Below, piece by piece: positions 1 through 8,489 of a stretch of DNA of 39,399 nt. A program made the translations under genes and the position numbers. The first letter of the stretch is position 1, and each line of letters opens with the position of its first letter. The DNA is taken from positions 1-39,399 of IMG/VR virus record IMGVR_UViG_3300048575_000460, one strand, 5' to 3'. The notes under the pieces were generated by a model. The model made no database searches. It was not told the origin of the DNA and saw nothing but the letters and a program-made list of their open reading frames with translations. This DNA is from a virus (lineage: Duplodnaviria; Caudoviricetes).

Positions 1-1581
1 CTACTGCTTCTCCAACACCGGATACTTCACCCCCAACTGCTCCAAATACGTCTCATACTTCCCCGAATCGTAATACAAAGGCCGCATCCGCTCCCGATAC
101 TCCTCCATAATCCGCCGATTCATCCAAATCGCCGGCTGATCCCCCGGCCGCAGCAACGACTGATACGGCCTCCCCTTCGTCTGCACATCCCGAAAATAAC
201 CCTGAGCCTCCCGCACCAACCCCGGATTCGTCAACACATCCAACATCGTCAACGCCAAAGCCTTAGCCCCCGCCGTAGCCCCCTTGTGCGCCACCGGAGT
301 CGCCATCGCAATCGCATCGGCCCAGTTATGCCCCGGAGTCCCCGGCACATTCGAAGGAAACCGCAGCGTCACCGTCGGCACGCTCCACATCACATCCCCG
401 ATATCATCGGACCCGCCCCCCATCCGCTGCTCCACCGGTTGCGGACCCCGCAACTCCCCCACCGTCTCCCGCAGCCCGTTCTGCTCTGCATTTCCCAGCA
501 TCTTCTGCACCGCCCGCGCAAACGTCTGGTCATCGGCGCTCCAGGCCGGCATCCCCACCGCCTGAATATTCCTATGCATCGCCTCGGCCAGCGGCTTGTT
601 CCCATGATTCGGCCAAGCCGTCCCCAACACCCGCGAAGTCCAGGTCGTATTCGTCATCATCGCCGCCCCGGCCGCAATCTGGTCCCCCACCTTCCATAAA
701 TCGACAATATGCGGATAATCCAACTCCCGAAAGTAATACCAAACCGCCGCATTGCGAGGCACCACATTCGGCTGATCCCCGCCATTGGTAATCACATAAT
801 GCGACCGCTGCGCCAGCCGCAAATGCTCCCGCCGATAATTCCACCCCACATTCATCAGCTCCACCGCGTCCAAAGCGCTCCGCCCCCGCCAGGGCGCCCC
901 GGCCGAATGCGCCGTCTCCCCACTAAACAAATACTCCACAGACACCATCCCCGTCATACTCGTATCGCCCCAACTCACCGAAAAATCAGACGAAACGTGC
1001 GTGAAAAACGCCACATCCACATCCCGGAAATACCCAGCCCGCACATAATAAGCCTTCGACGCCAACTGCTCCTCGGCCACCCCCGGCCACAGCCGCAACG
1101 TCCCCGGCAACTTCTCCCGCTCCATCAAAGCCTTCACCGCCAGCGCCGCCGTAATATTCAAAGGCACCCCCGCGTTATGCCCCTCCCCATGCCCCGGAGC
1201 CCCCTCAATCATCGCCTGCCGGTACGCCACCCCCGGACTCTGCGAAGCCTGCGGAATGCAATCAATATCGGACCCGATCGAAATCACCGGCTTTCCCGAC
1301 CCCCACGAGGCCATCCAAGCCGTCGGAATCCCCGCGATCCCCCGCTCCACCCGAAACCCCTCCTTCTCCAAAATCGAGGTCAAATACCGGGAAGTCTCCA
1401 CCTCCTGAAACCCCAACTCCCCAAAGCTGAACACCGTATCCGACATCACCTGAGTCCGCTTCTTCATCCCCTCCACCTGACCCAGCAAGTCAGACCGCAT
1501 CGCCCCCAACCGCTCCGCCGTCACCTGCCCCATCACCGGCAAGCCCAACACCGCCACAGCCATCAACCGAGTCCAAGACAT
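1..1581 (-). CDS. Exported M20-family amidohydrolase/peptidase (AbgB-like), host gene
   Basis: Motifs ELGFQEVETS, GIPTAWMASWG, GHGEGHN, GVAEEQL, AHSAGAPWRGRSALDA, GGSDDIGDV. Start moved to ATG 1581 (GGGAGG upstream); N-terminus MSWTRLMAVAVLGLPVMG|Q looks like a signal peptide. Confidence 0.9.
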   Translation of the reverse strand: MSWTRLMAVAVLGLPVMGQVTAERLGAMRSDLLGQVEGMKKRTQVMSDTVFSFGELGFQEVETSRYLTSILEKEGFRVERGIAGIPTAWMASWGSGKPVISIGSDIDCIPQASQSPGVAYRQAMIEGAPGHGEGHNAGVPLNITAALAVKALMEREKLPGTLRLWPGVAEEQLASKAYYVRAGYFRDVDVAFFTHVSSDFSVSWGDTSMTGMVSVEYLFSGETAHSAGAPWRGRSALDAVELMNVGWNYRREHLRLAQRSHYVITNGGDQPNVVPRNAAVWYYFRELDYPHIVDLWKVGDQIAAGAAMMTNTTWTSRVLGTAWPNHGNKPLAEAMHRNIQAVGMPAWSADDQTFARAVQKMLGNAEQNGLRETVGELRGPQPVEQRMGGGSDDIGDVMWSVPTVTLRFPSNVPGTPGHNWADAIAMATPVAHKGATAGAKALALTMLDVLTNPGLVREAQGYFRDVQTKGRPYQSLLRPGDQPAIWMNRRIMEEYRERMRPLYYDSGKYETYLEQLGVKYPVLEKQ

Positions 1582-1668
1582 GCGAATCCTCCCGAGCAGC
1601 ATTTCCAGAAGGCCTGACTATAACACGCCCACCCGCCCAAACCCAGTCACAACAGATAAGCTACTGCC

Positions 1669-1681
1669 AATCAATGAGTTG
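1669..1681 (+). promoter_or_regulatory. IHF-type binding site in the divergent intergenic region
   Basis: AATCAATGAGTTG matches the consensus WATCAANNNNTTR exactly. Confidence 0.4.
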
Positions 1682-1783
1682 CAGGAAATCGCTACCACCC
1701 GCCCCCATAAACTGGAGATACAGGGTGCCGCCGAGCCCCTGGCCAGATCACAACGAATAACGAAGCACGAAAGAGGAACACCC

Positions 1784-2455
1784 ATGGCCACGTCCGCGCA
1801 AATCAAAGCCAATCAGCACAACGCCCAAAAATCCACCGGCCCGCGCACCGCCGAAGGCAAGTCCCAATCGGCCGCCAACAGCCGCAAAGAAGGCCTCACC
1901 GCCAAGACCCTCTGCATCCCCGACCACCAGCGCGAAGAGTTCGAAATCTACGAATTCGCCCTGCTTACCGAAACGAACCCACTCGGCCCCCTCGAACAGG
2001 AGTACTTCCAGCGCCTCCTCACCTGTGGCTGGATCCTCCGCCGAGCCCGAGCCCTCGAAATCCAGCTCCTCTTCCAAGGCGACACCATCAACGACGAAGG
2101 CGACGCCCAAAAACTCCACCGCATCGCCCGTTACCGCCGAGACCTCGAACGCTCCCACGACCGAGCCCTGGCCGAACTCCGCCAACTCCAAACCCAAAGA
2201 GCCCAAGCCGCCCACCCCGCCACCCCCCTAGCCCACCGCCAACTCGCCCCCAACCTCCCCCGCAATGCCGCCTGTGTTGTCGCCCCGTCTGCCGCCCCCG
2301 CCGTCTCCCCTGTCGCCGCCCCCGCCGACTCCCCTGATGTCCCGCGCCAGCGTCGGGCTGTCCCCGCCCAACCCGCCGCCTCACAAAACGAACCCAAAGC
2401 CGCGCGCCCGGATCCCAAACGCCCTGTTAACCCACACAAACCACGAGAGTTATAA
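1784..2455 (+). CDS. Conserved hypothetical protein (ANxxNAxKSTGPRTxEGK family), host gene
   Basis: ATG 1784 with AGAGGA upstream; MATSAQIKANQHNAQKSTGPRTAEGK N-terminal motif, helical core, Pro/Ala-rich tail. Confidence 0.8.
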   Translation: MATSAQIKANQHNAQKSTGPRTAEGKSQSAANSRKEGLTAKTLCIPDHQREEFEIYEFALLTETNPLGPLEQEYFQRLLTCGWILRRARALEIQLLFQGDTINDEGDAQKLHRIARYRRDLERSHDRALAELRQLQTQRAQAAHPATPLAHRQLAPNLPRNAACVVAPSAAPAVSPVAAPADSPDVPRQRRAVPAQPAASQNEPKAARPDPKRPVNPHKPREL

Positions 2456-2500
2456 TGGCGTCCGCCATGCAATGCGAGAAATCGGCGGCCCAACCCGCAT

Positions 2501-2601
2501 CTAGGCATCTCGATCAGCGGCCTCGCCCTCGAACTCCACGTCCCCGTAACCCGAGTCAGCCAGGTCGTCCACGAACGCCGCGCATCACCGTCGACACCGC
2601 C
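2501..2601 (+). pseudogene. higA: Frameshifted, truncated HigA-family antitoxin HTH remnant
   Basis: Translation from 2501 gives LGISISGLALELHVPVTRVSQVVHERR, then after a 1-nt shift ITVDTA; this matches the HigA pattern LAxxLxVPxxRxSxxxxxRRxITxDTA. No intact N- or C-terminus. Confidence 0.65.
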
Positions 2602-2693
2602 GACACGCCCCATTGGGCCAAGCGGCGAACCCCGCATGCAGCGGCCAAACACGCCGGCCAGTAAACCGTATAGAAAAGGGGAAAAAGGGAAAG

Positions 2694-2743
2694 TGGTGGG
2701 CTTGGCAGAACTCGAATCTGCGACCTCTACCGTGTCAAGGTGG
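2694..2743 (-). tRNA. 3' half of tRNA-Val(GAC); prophage attachment-site duplicate, not a complete tRNA
   Basis: Minus strand reads CCACC-TTGACAC-GGTAG-AGGTC-GCAGA-TTCGAGT-TCTGC-CAAGCCC-A-CCA: anticodon loop, T arm, 3' acceptor strand and CCA. No D arm or 5' acceptor strand beyond 2743. Confidence 0.85.
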
Positions 2744-2812
2744 CCTACGGTTTCAGATAGCCGAGGCTGAGAAGCAAACAAACGACTTGCATCTCCTGGA
2801 TCATCCCGTAGC

Positions 2813-2847
2813 GGGACAAATTCCGCTGATTTGGGACGCTCTGGGAC
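2813..2847 (+). repeat. Three GGGAC direct repeats, candidate integrase arm-type sites
   Basis: GGGAC at 2813, 2833 and 2843 (20 and 10 bp spacing), ~70 bp inside the att core. Confidence 0.5.
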
Positions 2848-2913
2848 ACAGTCCGGGCCCATCGCACTGGTTGCGAGCCGGAGTGATGGACGGGCCCGGG
2901 CACCGAGGTATCG

Positions 2914-3138
2914 ATGCACAGTCAGACTCTCACACTCCCCCCTGTAGCGCAACGGGCATCGCTGGATCTATCTCGATTGGAAGGCTCTATTTCGCGACTG
3001 GTCCAACAGCGCAATGCTTTGCGCCAGCGCCTTCAGGAGCTCCACGCGGAGAACGATGACCTGCGAGGTCGGGCGCTGAAGGCTGAGCGGAAGCTCACCG
3101 AATTAGCTGCTTCCATCCACGGTGGACTCAACAGATGA
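2914..3138 (+). CDS. Small coiled-coil phage protein
   Basis: GAGG upstream, heptad-like LVQQRNALRQRLQELHAENDDLR, ATGA overlap with next gene. Confidence 0.7.
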   Translation: MHSQTLTLPPVAQRASLDLSRLEGSISRLVQQRNALRQRLQELHAENDDLRGRALKAERKLTELAASIHGGLNR

Positions 3139-3632
3139 AGCTGATTTCACTGTGGGAGCCATGGGCTACTTTGGTAGCCATTGGCGCGAAGCGAGTGGAG
3201 ACCCGCGATTGGCGTACGCAATACCGTGGGTTTCTTGCGATACATGCCAGCAAGGCCGGTCTAGCGACGTGCGATCTTGACAGGTGCCTTCAAGCGCCCA
3301 TCTTTAGGGGCGCACTCGCAGGTGAATCGTTGAGTCCTGGCTGTATTGTCGCGATAGTTCGGTTGGTAGATTGTTGCCCAGTGGACGATAGGGGTTGCCT
3401 TTTGGGGGTCTTCCGTCAATATCCCGAACTAGATACACCCCGAGAGCGGGAGTTCGGCAATTTTGGGACGGGTCGCTGGGCATGGGTGATGGAAGACTTG
3501 ATTCGAATACCAAGGCCAATCCCCTTCCGGTCAAAACAGGGTTTGGTGGATGTCCCACCTGATGTGATCACTGAGCTGGCAAGTGAGATCGCGGGGCAAG
3601 TCGGCTCCACGGAGCCTGGAGGTGCCGCTTGA
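3135..3632 (+). CDS. ASCH domain protein
   Basis: Signature ISLWEPWATLVAIGAKRVETRDWRTQYRGFLAIHASK and C-terminal PIPFRSKQGL. Confidence 0.9.
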   Translation: MKLISLWEPWATLVAIGAKRVETRDWRTQYRGFLAIHASKAGLATCDLDRCLQAPIFRGALAGESLSPGCIVAIVRLVDCCPVDDRGCLLGVFRQYPELDTPREREFGNFGTGRWAWVMEDLIRIPRPIPFRSKQGLVDVPPDVITELASEIAGQVGSTEPGGAA

Positions 3633-3958
3633 GAGGCACGCGGGCGAGGCTCATCCGCGCCCATGCGTACCGGTGGAATCGGGACTTTCGGTACAGGCGT
3701 GCCGAAGATGTCGTCCACCAGGTGCAGGAGGGCGGCGCCATAAAGCGCATTATTGGGGCGTTGGCCGACGCGCTCAAACATGCTAAAACGTTCGCAGTGA
3801 CGGGCCAAATCGTCTGTCCGGCCGCGATGGCGTATCGCCGAATGAAACGCACGTGGACGCGGTTGGGGAGATTGGATCGGCTCAGAAAAAACGGCAAGAT
3901 TCGGCTCGTCACTGAATGGCTACTCAGTAAGGCCAATGAGTTTCGGGGGTGTTTATGA
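3629..3958 (+). CDS. Hypothetical basic phage protein
   Basis: GGAGG upstream of TTG; 4-nt overlaps with both neighbours. Confidence 0.55.
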   Translation: MRGTRARLIRAHAYRWNRDFRYRRAEDVVHQVQEGGAIKRIIGALADALKHAKTFAVTGQIVCPAAMAYRRMKRTWTRLGRLDRLRKNGKIRLVTEWLLSKANEFRGCL

Positions 3959-4359
3959 GCCATGAGTGCAAGAATGCATCAACCTCAGTGGATATATCGC
4001 CAGGTGCCGGCCTCACGGTCGCCTCGGCTGGAGTCGAAGTTGCCGTGGTGTGTGAGCGCTGCAAGGCGAAGGCTGCGCGACATCCGGTGCACTCTCTGGA
4101 CCAACTGCGGTCCCTGCCTGTTGACGTCTTGCAGCGTGAGCGATGGCTCCGTGGTAGGCCCAACTACAGAGAGAGCGACTCCGTGCCGTTCGTGGGTGAT
4201 CCCCTGGTTGAGTCCATCCCAGAACTGATTGATTTTCTGAACTATACCGACGAATTGCTGCGGTCGGAGTCGGGAGTGGCGCGCGTGGAGATGATCCTGG
4301 ATGCTCAGGATTTCGTGAGGGCCGCCCTTGACCTGATGAGGAGTGTGCGGCGTGTGTAA
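3955..4359 (+). CDS. Hypothetical protein, CxxC plus helical C-terminus (possible all-alpha NTP-pyrophosphatase-like)
   Basis: ATGA coupling; CERC; RWLRGRPNY...DPLVESIPELIDFLNY loosely resembles MazG-like helical motifs. Confidence 0.6.
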   Translation: MSHECKNASTSVDISPGAGLTVASAGVEVAVVCERCKAKAARHPVHSLDQLRSLPVDVLQRERWLRGRPNYRESDSVPFVGDPLVESIPELIDFLNYTDELLRSESGVARVEMILDAQDFVRAALDLMRSVRRV

Positions 4360-4903
4360 GCCTGGGACTGGTCAATTCTGGGCCGGATGGCTTGCCTTCG
4401 AACGTCAACTTATCTCTGCCTCGGCCGACTATATTGAGTTTTTTCGTGTTCTGCTGAGTCAGATTTCGCGGCAGGGTCGCCGTGCCGAGATGCCGGCTCT
4501 GCATGGTGGCCAGACGCCTCCGTGGCCGGCGCCCTTGCCGCCTCCACCACCGCCGCCACCACAGCGGCCACGCCGGAACACCAAGGTCGAAATGGAATTC
4601 CAGCCGGTGCTGATTGGTCCAAGTTCCAGTCGTGGGCCTCTGAGTAGTAATGGTCGGCCGGATAATGTCTTGCGCGAACTGGCTAGCTCATTCGAATCAG
4701 GTTCACGATATCATGCTGCGTTACACCAGGCGCTGAAGCTAATTCGTGAGCGTGACAATCTCGCGGCAGCCTTTCCCGTTTATGCGGGGCATCTCGCCCA
4801 TTGTCAGCTTTGGAAAGAAGGCAGCCAGGAGCCTGAATTCAAATACGCCCGGCTGGTATGCACTTGTGGCTTTGATGCGGCGGAGTGCTGGAGGGTGGAC
4901 TGA
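4343..4903 (+). CDS. Hypothetical phage protein with polyproline tract (start uncertain)
   Basis: Fills the gap between neighbours; PPPPPPPP tract; C-terminal HxxxC...CTCG metal-binding pattern. Confidence 0.5.
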   Translation: MCGVCKPGTGQFWAGWLAFERQLISASADYIEFFRVLLSQISRQGRRAEMPALHGGQTPPWPAPLPPPPPPPPQRPRRNTKVEMEFQPVLIGPSSSRGPLSSNGRPDNVLRELASSFESGSRYHAALHQALKLIRERDNLAAAFPVYAGHLAHCQLWKEGSQEPEFKYARLVCTCGFDAAECWRVD

Positions 4904-4904
4904 G

Positions 4905-5162
4905 ATGCAGGATATTCAGTCGGCCATATCCAAAATCCAGAGCGAGCCAGTGGTGTGCTCCGCCGTCGCGCGTGGCTGTTTGTGGGTTGGGCAGATCGCC
5001 AGTGAGTCGGATGGTCAAACGCTGCTGTCCACCGCGCCAGTTTATGTTTCGGCTTCGATTGCTGAGGCATCTATGGGACACCTAGTTGCGCTATGGAAGC
5101 GCGCCTCGAAGCCAACTCCAGAGCAGCACGCTGGCTGCGCATTCTTTGGAGGAGTAAGGTGA
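4905..5162 (+). CDS. Hypothetical phage protein
   Basis: ATG 4905 after GGAGGG, just downstream of the previous stop; GTGA overlap with next gene. Confidence 0.55.
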   Translation: MQDIQSAISKIQSEPVVCSAVARGCLWVGQIASESDGQTLLSTAPVYVSASIAEASMGHLVALWKRASKPTPEQHAGCAFFGGVR

Positions 5163-5530
5163 GACGGCCCGCAATCTGTAGATGGTGTGGCGACTCATGG
5201 GAGGCCGCCAGTGAGAGTGAGCACTCGCCGTGTTGCCGCGAAAAGCAATGTCGTAGGGGTGAATTACCTTGGTTAAGGCCGCCGCGCAATCCCTGGGCTA
5301 CGCCAATGGCGGGAGATTTGTTTGTGGCTGGCCGTAAAGTTTTCGAGGTTGTTGCGGTCGATGATGACATGGTGCGATTTAGCATTCGTGGCTGCTTGGG
5401 CGTACTTCCAATGAAAATTGACGCCTGGATTGAGCTCGTGGCTAAGGCTAAATCGGCTCGCGCCGCCCACGTGACCTGTGCAGAGCAGTTGCGCTCTCTG
5501 CTGGTGCGGGAGCGGCCGAATGTCGGATGA
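5159..5530 (+). CDS. Hypothetical Cys-rich phage protein
   Basis: GGAG upstream of GTG 5159; CRWC...CCREKQC; overlaps the primase start. Confidence 0.55.
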   Translation: MRRPAICRWCGDSWEAASESEHSPCCREKQCRRGELPWLRPPRNPWATPMAGDLFVAGRKVFEVVAVDDDMVRFSIRGCLGVLPMKIDAWIELVAKAKSARAAHVTCAEQLRSLLVRERPNVG

Positions 5531-7658
5531 GCTGTCACAACGCGTCGACATCGTCGCCATCATCGGCAGAGACGTAGAGCTTCGCCAGGTCGGACACGAG
5601 TTCCAAGGCCGGTGTCCATTCCACAAAGACGATACACCTTCCTTTAGCGTCAATCCGGAAAAGGGTGTCTATCTCTGTTTTGGGTGCGGTAGGAAGGGTG
5701 ATGTCTACGACTATCTCAAAGAGAAAGAGGGGCTGAGTTTTCCGGAGGCGAAGCTACGCCTGGCGGAGATCGCCGGCATCGATCCTGCATCCCTCCCGCG
5801 CCCTCCCGCCGGCGGCCGCGTCACGTCGATTTCAGAAGCGCTCACCGACAAGCCGCGGAACGTCGCGTACTACGGCTACACTGACGGCGCGGGCAAGTTG
5901 CTGTACGAGATCGTGCGGCGCGAGTGGCTCGAAGCTGGCGTGCGCAAGAAAGCGTTCCTGCAGCGCTACAAGGAGCGCGGTGCCAACGACTGGACCTGGA
6001 AGCGGCATCCGGCGCCTGTCCTCTATCGCCTGCACAAAATCGTCGAGGCTGAGGCTGTATGGCTAGTTGAGGGAGAAAAGGACGTCCACACTTTGGAGGC
6101 CTGGGGCCTGGTGGCGACCACGTCGGCTGGTGGGAGCAATGGCCGCTGGCTGACCAGCTACACCCAGGCGTTGGCTGGCAAGAAGGTCTACATCATCCCG
6201 GACAACGATGATGCTGGCCGGAAGTACTCCCAAAAGGCCTATGACAAGCTTGCGGCAACGTCGACCGTCGTGATCGTGCGTGTGCCAGGTCCGGAGAAGT
6301 CAGACGTCACTGACTGGAAGGCGTCCGGCGGCACACCTGAGGCACTGCAGGAGCTCGCGCGCCAGGCTGAGGCGGCGGCCGAGGGAGCGAAGCGAAACGA
6401 CGTCATCGGCGCTCGTAAGGGGCCGAACGAGATTGCTAAGGACATCTTGGCCAAACACTCGTTCCTGGCTGATGAGAACGGCTTCCTGTACGAGTACAAT
6501 GGCCGCTTCTGGGAGCGGGCCACATCGCGGCGCCTACAGAAATACGCCCAACGCTACGACACGGAGATGCACACCAACCGCCGGCGCCGCGGGGAGGTCG
6601 CCGATTTCATCGAGACCTTTGTGCAGATTCCACGAATCCACTGGCGCCAACTGGAGTCGACTGAGATTGCGCTTGAGAACGGAGTGTTCGACGTCAGGAC
6701 ACTGACGTTGCGGCCTCACCGTAAAGAGGATCACCTTGAGACCGTGATCCCGGTGGCCTATGAAGAGCAGGCGGTGTGCCCGACGTGGCGCCAGGCGCTG
6801 CAGAGCTACTTTGGCCAGGACGAAGACTGCGGGCGGAAGGTGCTCGCGCTGCAGCAGTTCTTCGGGTATCTATTGCTGCCTCATGCGAAGTACAAGAAGG
6901 CGCTGGTGCTGCTCGGCGAGTCGGACACTGGCAAGAGTGGCGCGCTGGCGTTGGCCGAGGCGTTGGTGGGCTCGGAGAACACCTGTAGCGTCGGTGTCGA
7001 GGACATGGATGATCCCCGTAAGCGCGTGCCCATCGTGGGCAAGATGCTCAACAAGCTCAGTGAGCTGTCATCCAAGTCAGTCATCGCGGACGGCGGGTTC
7101 AAGACGTTGATCAGTACCGAGGAGGCGCTGCTGTTCGACCCGAAGTTCGTCCCTCCCTACATGTACACGCCTTTCGCCAAGCACATCGTCGCCACGAACG
7201 TCCTGCCGGCGATCAGTGACTTATCCAAGGCCACCTTCAACCGCCTGATGATCATCCGGTTCAACCGCGTGATCCCACTGGCGGAGCAAGACCGTGACTT
7301 CGTGGGCAAGCTCCTGGCCGAGCTGCCGGGCATCCTGAACTGGGCGATCCAGGGAGCAATGGACCTGGTCGAGCACGGCGGCCAGTTCGTAGCCATCGCT
7401 GAGAGCCAGCGCATCATCGATGACTACCGGCGCTCGGAGAATGAGATCAATGCGTTCCTGGATGAGAAGGCCGACAAGGATGAATCGGCATGGATTACGG
7501 CGGCCGACGTCCGTTCGAAGTTCAGAACCTGGGCAGGTCGGAACTACTCTGATAAAGCGATCGGCCAGATGATGCGCGCGGCAGGCTTCCCTGGTGTTCC
7601 CTACCATGGTGAGGCATCGCGCAGGCACAGCGGTCTGCGCTGGAAAGACAACCTGTAG
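5520..7658 (+). CDS. DNA primase-helicase: CHC2 zinc finger + TOPRIM + D5/P4-type SF3 helicase
   Basis: CPFHKDDTPSFSVN...CFGC zinc finger; EGEKD and PDNDD TOPRIM motifs; ENGVFD D5_N-like motif; Walker A GESDTGKS; ATNVLP motif C. Start ATG 5520 with GGGAG upstream. Confidence 0.93.
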   Translation: MSDELSQRVDIVAIIGRDVELRQVGHEFQGRCPFHKDDTPSFSVNPEKGVYLCFGCGRKGDVYDYLKEKEGLSFPEAKLRLAEIAGIDPASLPRPPAGGRVTSISEALTDKPRNVAYYGYTDGAGKLLYEIVRREWLEAGVRKKAFLQRYKERGANDWTWKRHPAPVLYRLHKIVEAEAVWLVEGEKDVHTLEAWGLVATTSAGGSNGRWLTSYTQALAGKKVYIIPDNDDAGRKYSQKAYDKLAATSTVVIVRVPGPEKSDVTDWKASGGTPEALQELARQAEAAAEGAKRNDVIGARKGPNEIAKDILAKHSFLADENGFLYEYNGRFWERATSRRLQKYAQRYDTEMHTNRRRRGEVADFIETFVQIPRIHWRQLESTEIALENGVFDVRTLTLRPHRKEDHLETVIPVAYEEQAVCPTWRQALQSYFGQDEDCGRKVLALQQFFGYLLLPHAKYKKALVLLGESDTGKSGALALAEALVGSENTCSVGVEDMDDPRKRVPIVGKMLNKLSELSSKSVIADGGFKTLISTEEALLFDPKFVPPYMYTPFAKHIVATNVLPAISDLSKATFNRLMIIRFNRVIPLAEQDRDFVGKLLAELPGILNWAIQGAMDLVEHGGQFVAIAESQRIIDDYRRSENEINAFLDEKADKDESAWITAADVRSKFRTWAGRNYSDKAIGQMMRAAGFPGVPYHGEASRRHSGLRWKDNL

Positions 7659-7680
7659 CCCAGTAACAGGCGAGGCCACT

Positions 7681-7717
7681 GGCGCCCGTGCCGCAATGTC
7701 GGCGACGGGCGCCTTTT
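7681..7717 (+). terminator. Rho-independent terminator after the primase gene
   Basis: GGCGCCCGT(7681-7689)...ACGGGCGCC(7705-7713) stem followed by TTTTGTGTTT. Confidence 0.75.
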
Positions 7718-7883
7718 GTGTTTCTGGCCACACTCCTCAGTTGCCCCATACGGGGTCAAGCACGGCGCCGCCGGCGGCAGCCAGGCCGCGCGTACCGCAT
7801 TTTCCCCGTACCCCTTTTCATATATGGTCGACTAACTCAATAGGGGGTGCGTAATATGCCGCATGCCTCGTTCGATTATGGGA

Positions 7884-8088
7884 ATCCGTAGTGTATGACA
7901 TGATCCGTAGGTAATCCGTAGTGCCGTATCTGCTTGATTTCACAAACTCTACTACGGATACTACGGATTCTACGGATCGTAGATATAACTAGCGTTGACG
8001 AAGACCGCAAATGTTGTGATTGAAGCCGAGATTTGTGAAGAGTTGGGCCTTAATAGCGCAACCCGTAGTATCCGTAGTCAATCCGTGG
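7884..8088. repeat. Iteron array (ATCCGTAG x9), probable phage replication origin
   Basis: Forward copies at 7884, 7903, 7914; inverted CTACGGAT at 7952, 7961, 7970; forward at 8061 (1 mismatch), 8070 and 8081 (1 mismatch). AT-richer spacers; directly downstream of the primase-helicase. Confidence 0.8.
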
Positions 8089-8249
8089 TGGAAAAAAAAC
8101 TTGCGCGCCGAAACAAATCGGGAGTATCGTGTTCTCCAGAACTCAGTTGCGAGCCGGGTTCCAGGAAAGACATTCAGGCGGCTACCCCGAAACCGCCGAC
8201 TTCGAGCGCCGGGACGCTCATTAATCCATCCCGCCGGGCAGTCCATCAC

Positions 8250-8489
8250 ATGGCTTTAGTCCCCGTCTGTTCTCCCACTGGCAAGATCCTCCAACACCTG
8301 GATGCTGACTTTGCAGCCACGCTCAAGGGCGTGGATCTCATTCGCGCCACGCGGCGCGGTCCTGTGGTCAGAGTCTATCTGCGGCCGATGCCTGCCGGCG
8401 CCGCGATCGGCCGAACCGGCACGGCATTCCGTCAGGAGCTGCCGTCCGGCTGGTGCTTCGCCTTGCGGGGAGTCGAGGGTAGTCGGTGA
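8250..8489 (+). CDS. Hypothetical phage protein
   Basis: ATG 8250 chosen because the upstream part of the ORF runs through the iteron array; coupled to HNH. Confidence 0.5.
   Translation: MALVPVCSPTGKILQHLDADFAATLKGVDLIRATRRGPVVRVYLRPMPAGAAIGRTGTAFRQELPSGWCFALRGVEGSR

Noticed and set aside
709-1617. 302-aa plus-strand Arg/Pro/His-rich ORF
   Set aside because: Shadow of the amidohydrolase produced by the C-rich strand bias.
2694-2770. Complete tRNA-Val gene
   Set aside because: No D arm or 5' acceptor strand; only the 3' half is present.
2613-3059. ORF spanning the att site (possible integration-created gene)
   Set aside because: Reads through the antisense tRNA fragment and overlaps the better-supported 2914-3138 gene; no coding features.
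7884-8088. CRISPR array or mini-array
   Set aside because: Repeats are only 8 bp, in both orientations and irregularly spaced, with no cas genes; fits iterons.
7995-8249. N-terminal extension of ORF 7995-8489
   Set aside because: Runs through the iteron array from a TTG with no RBS; ATG 8250 preferred.
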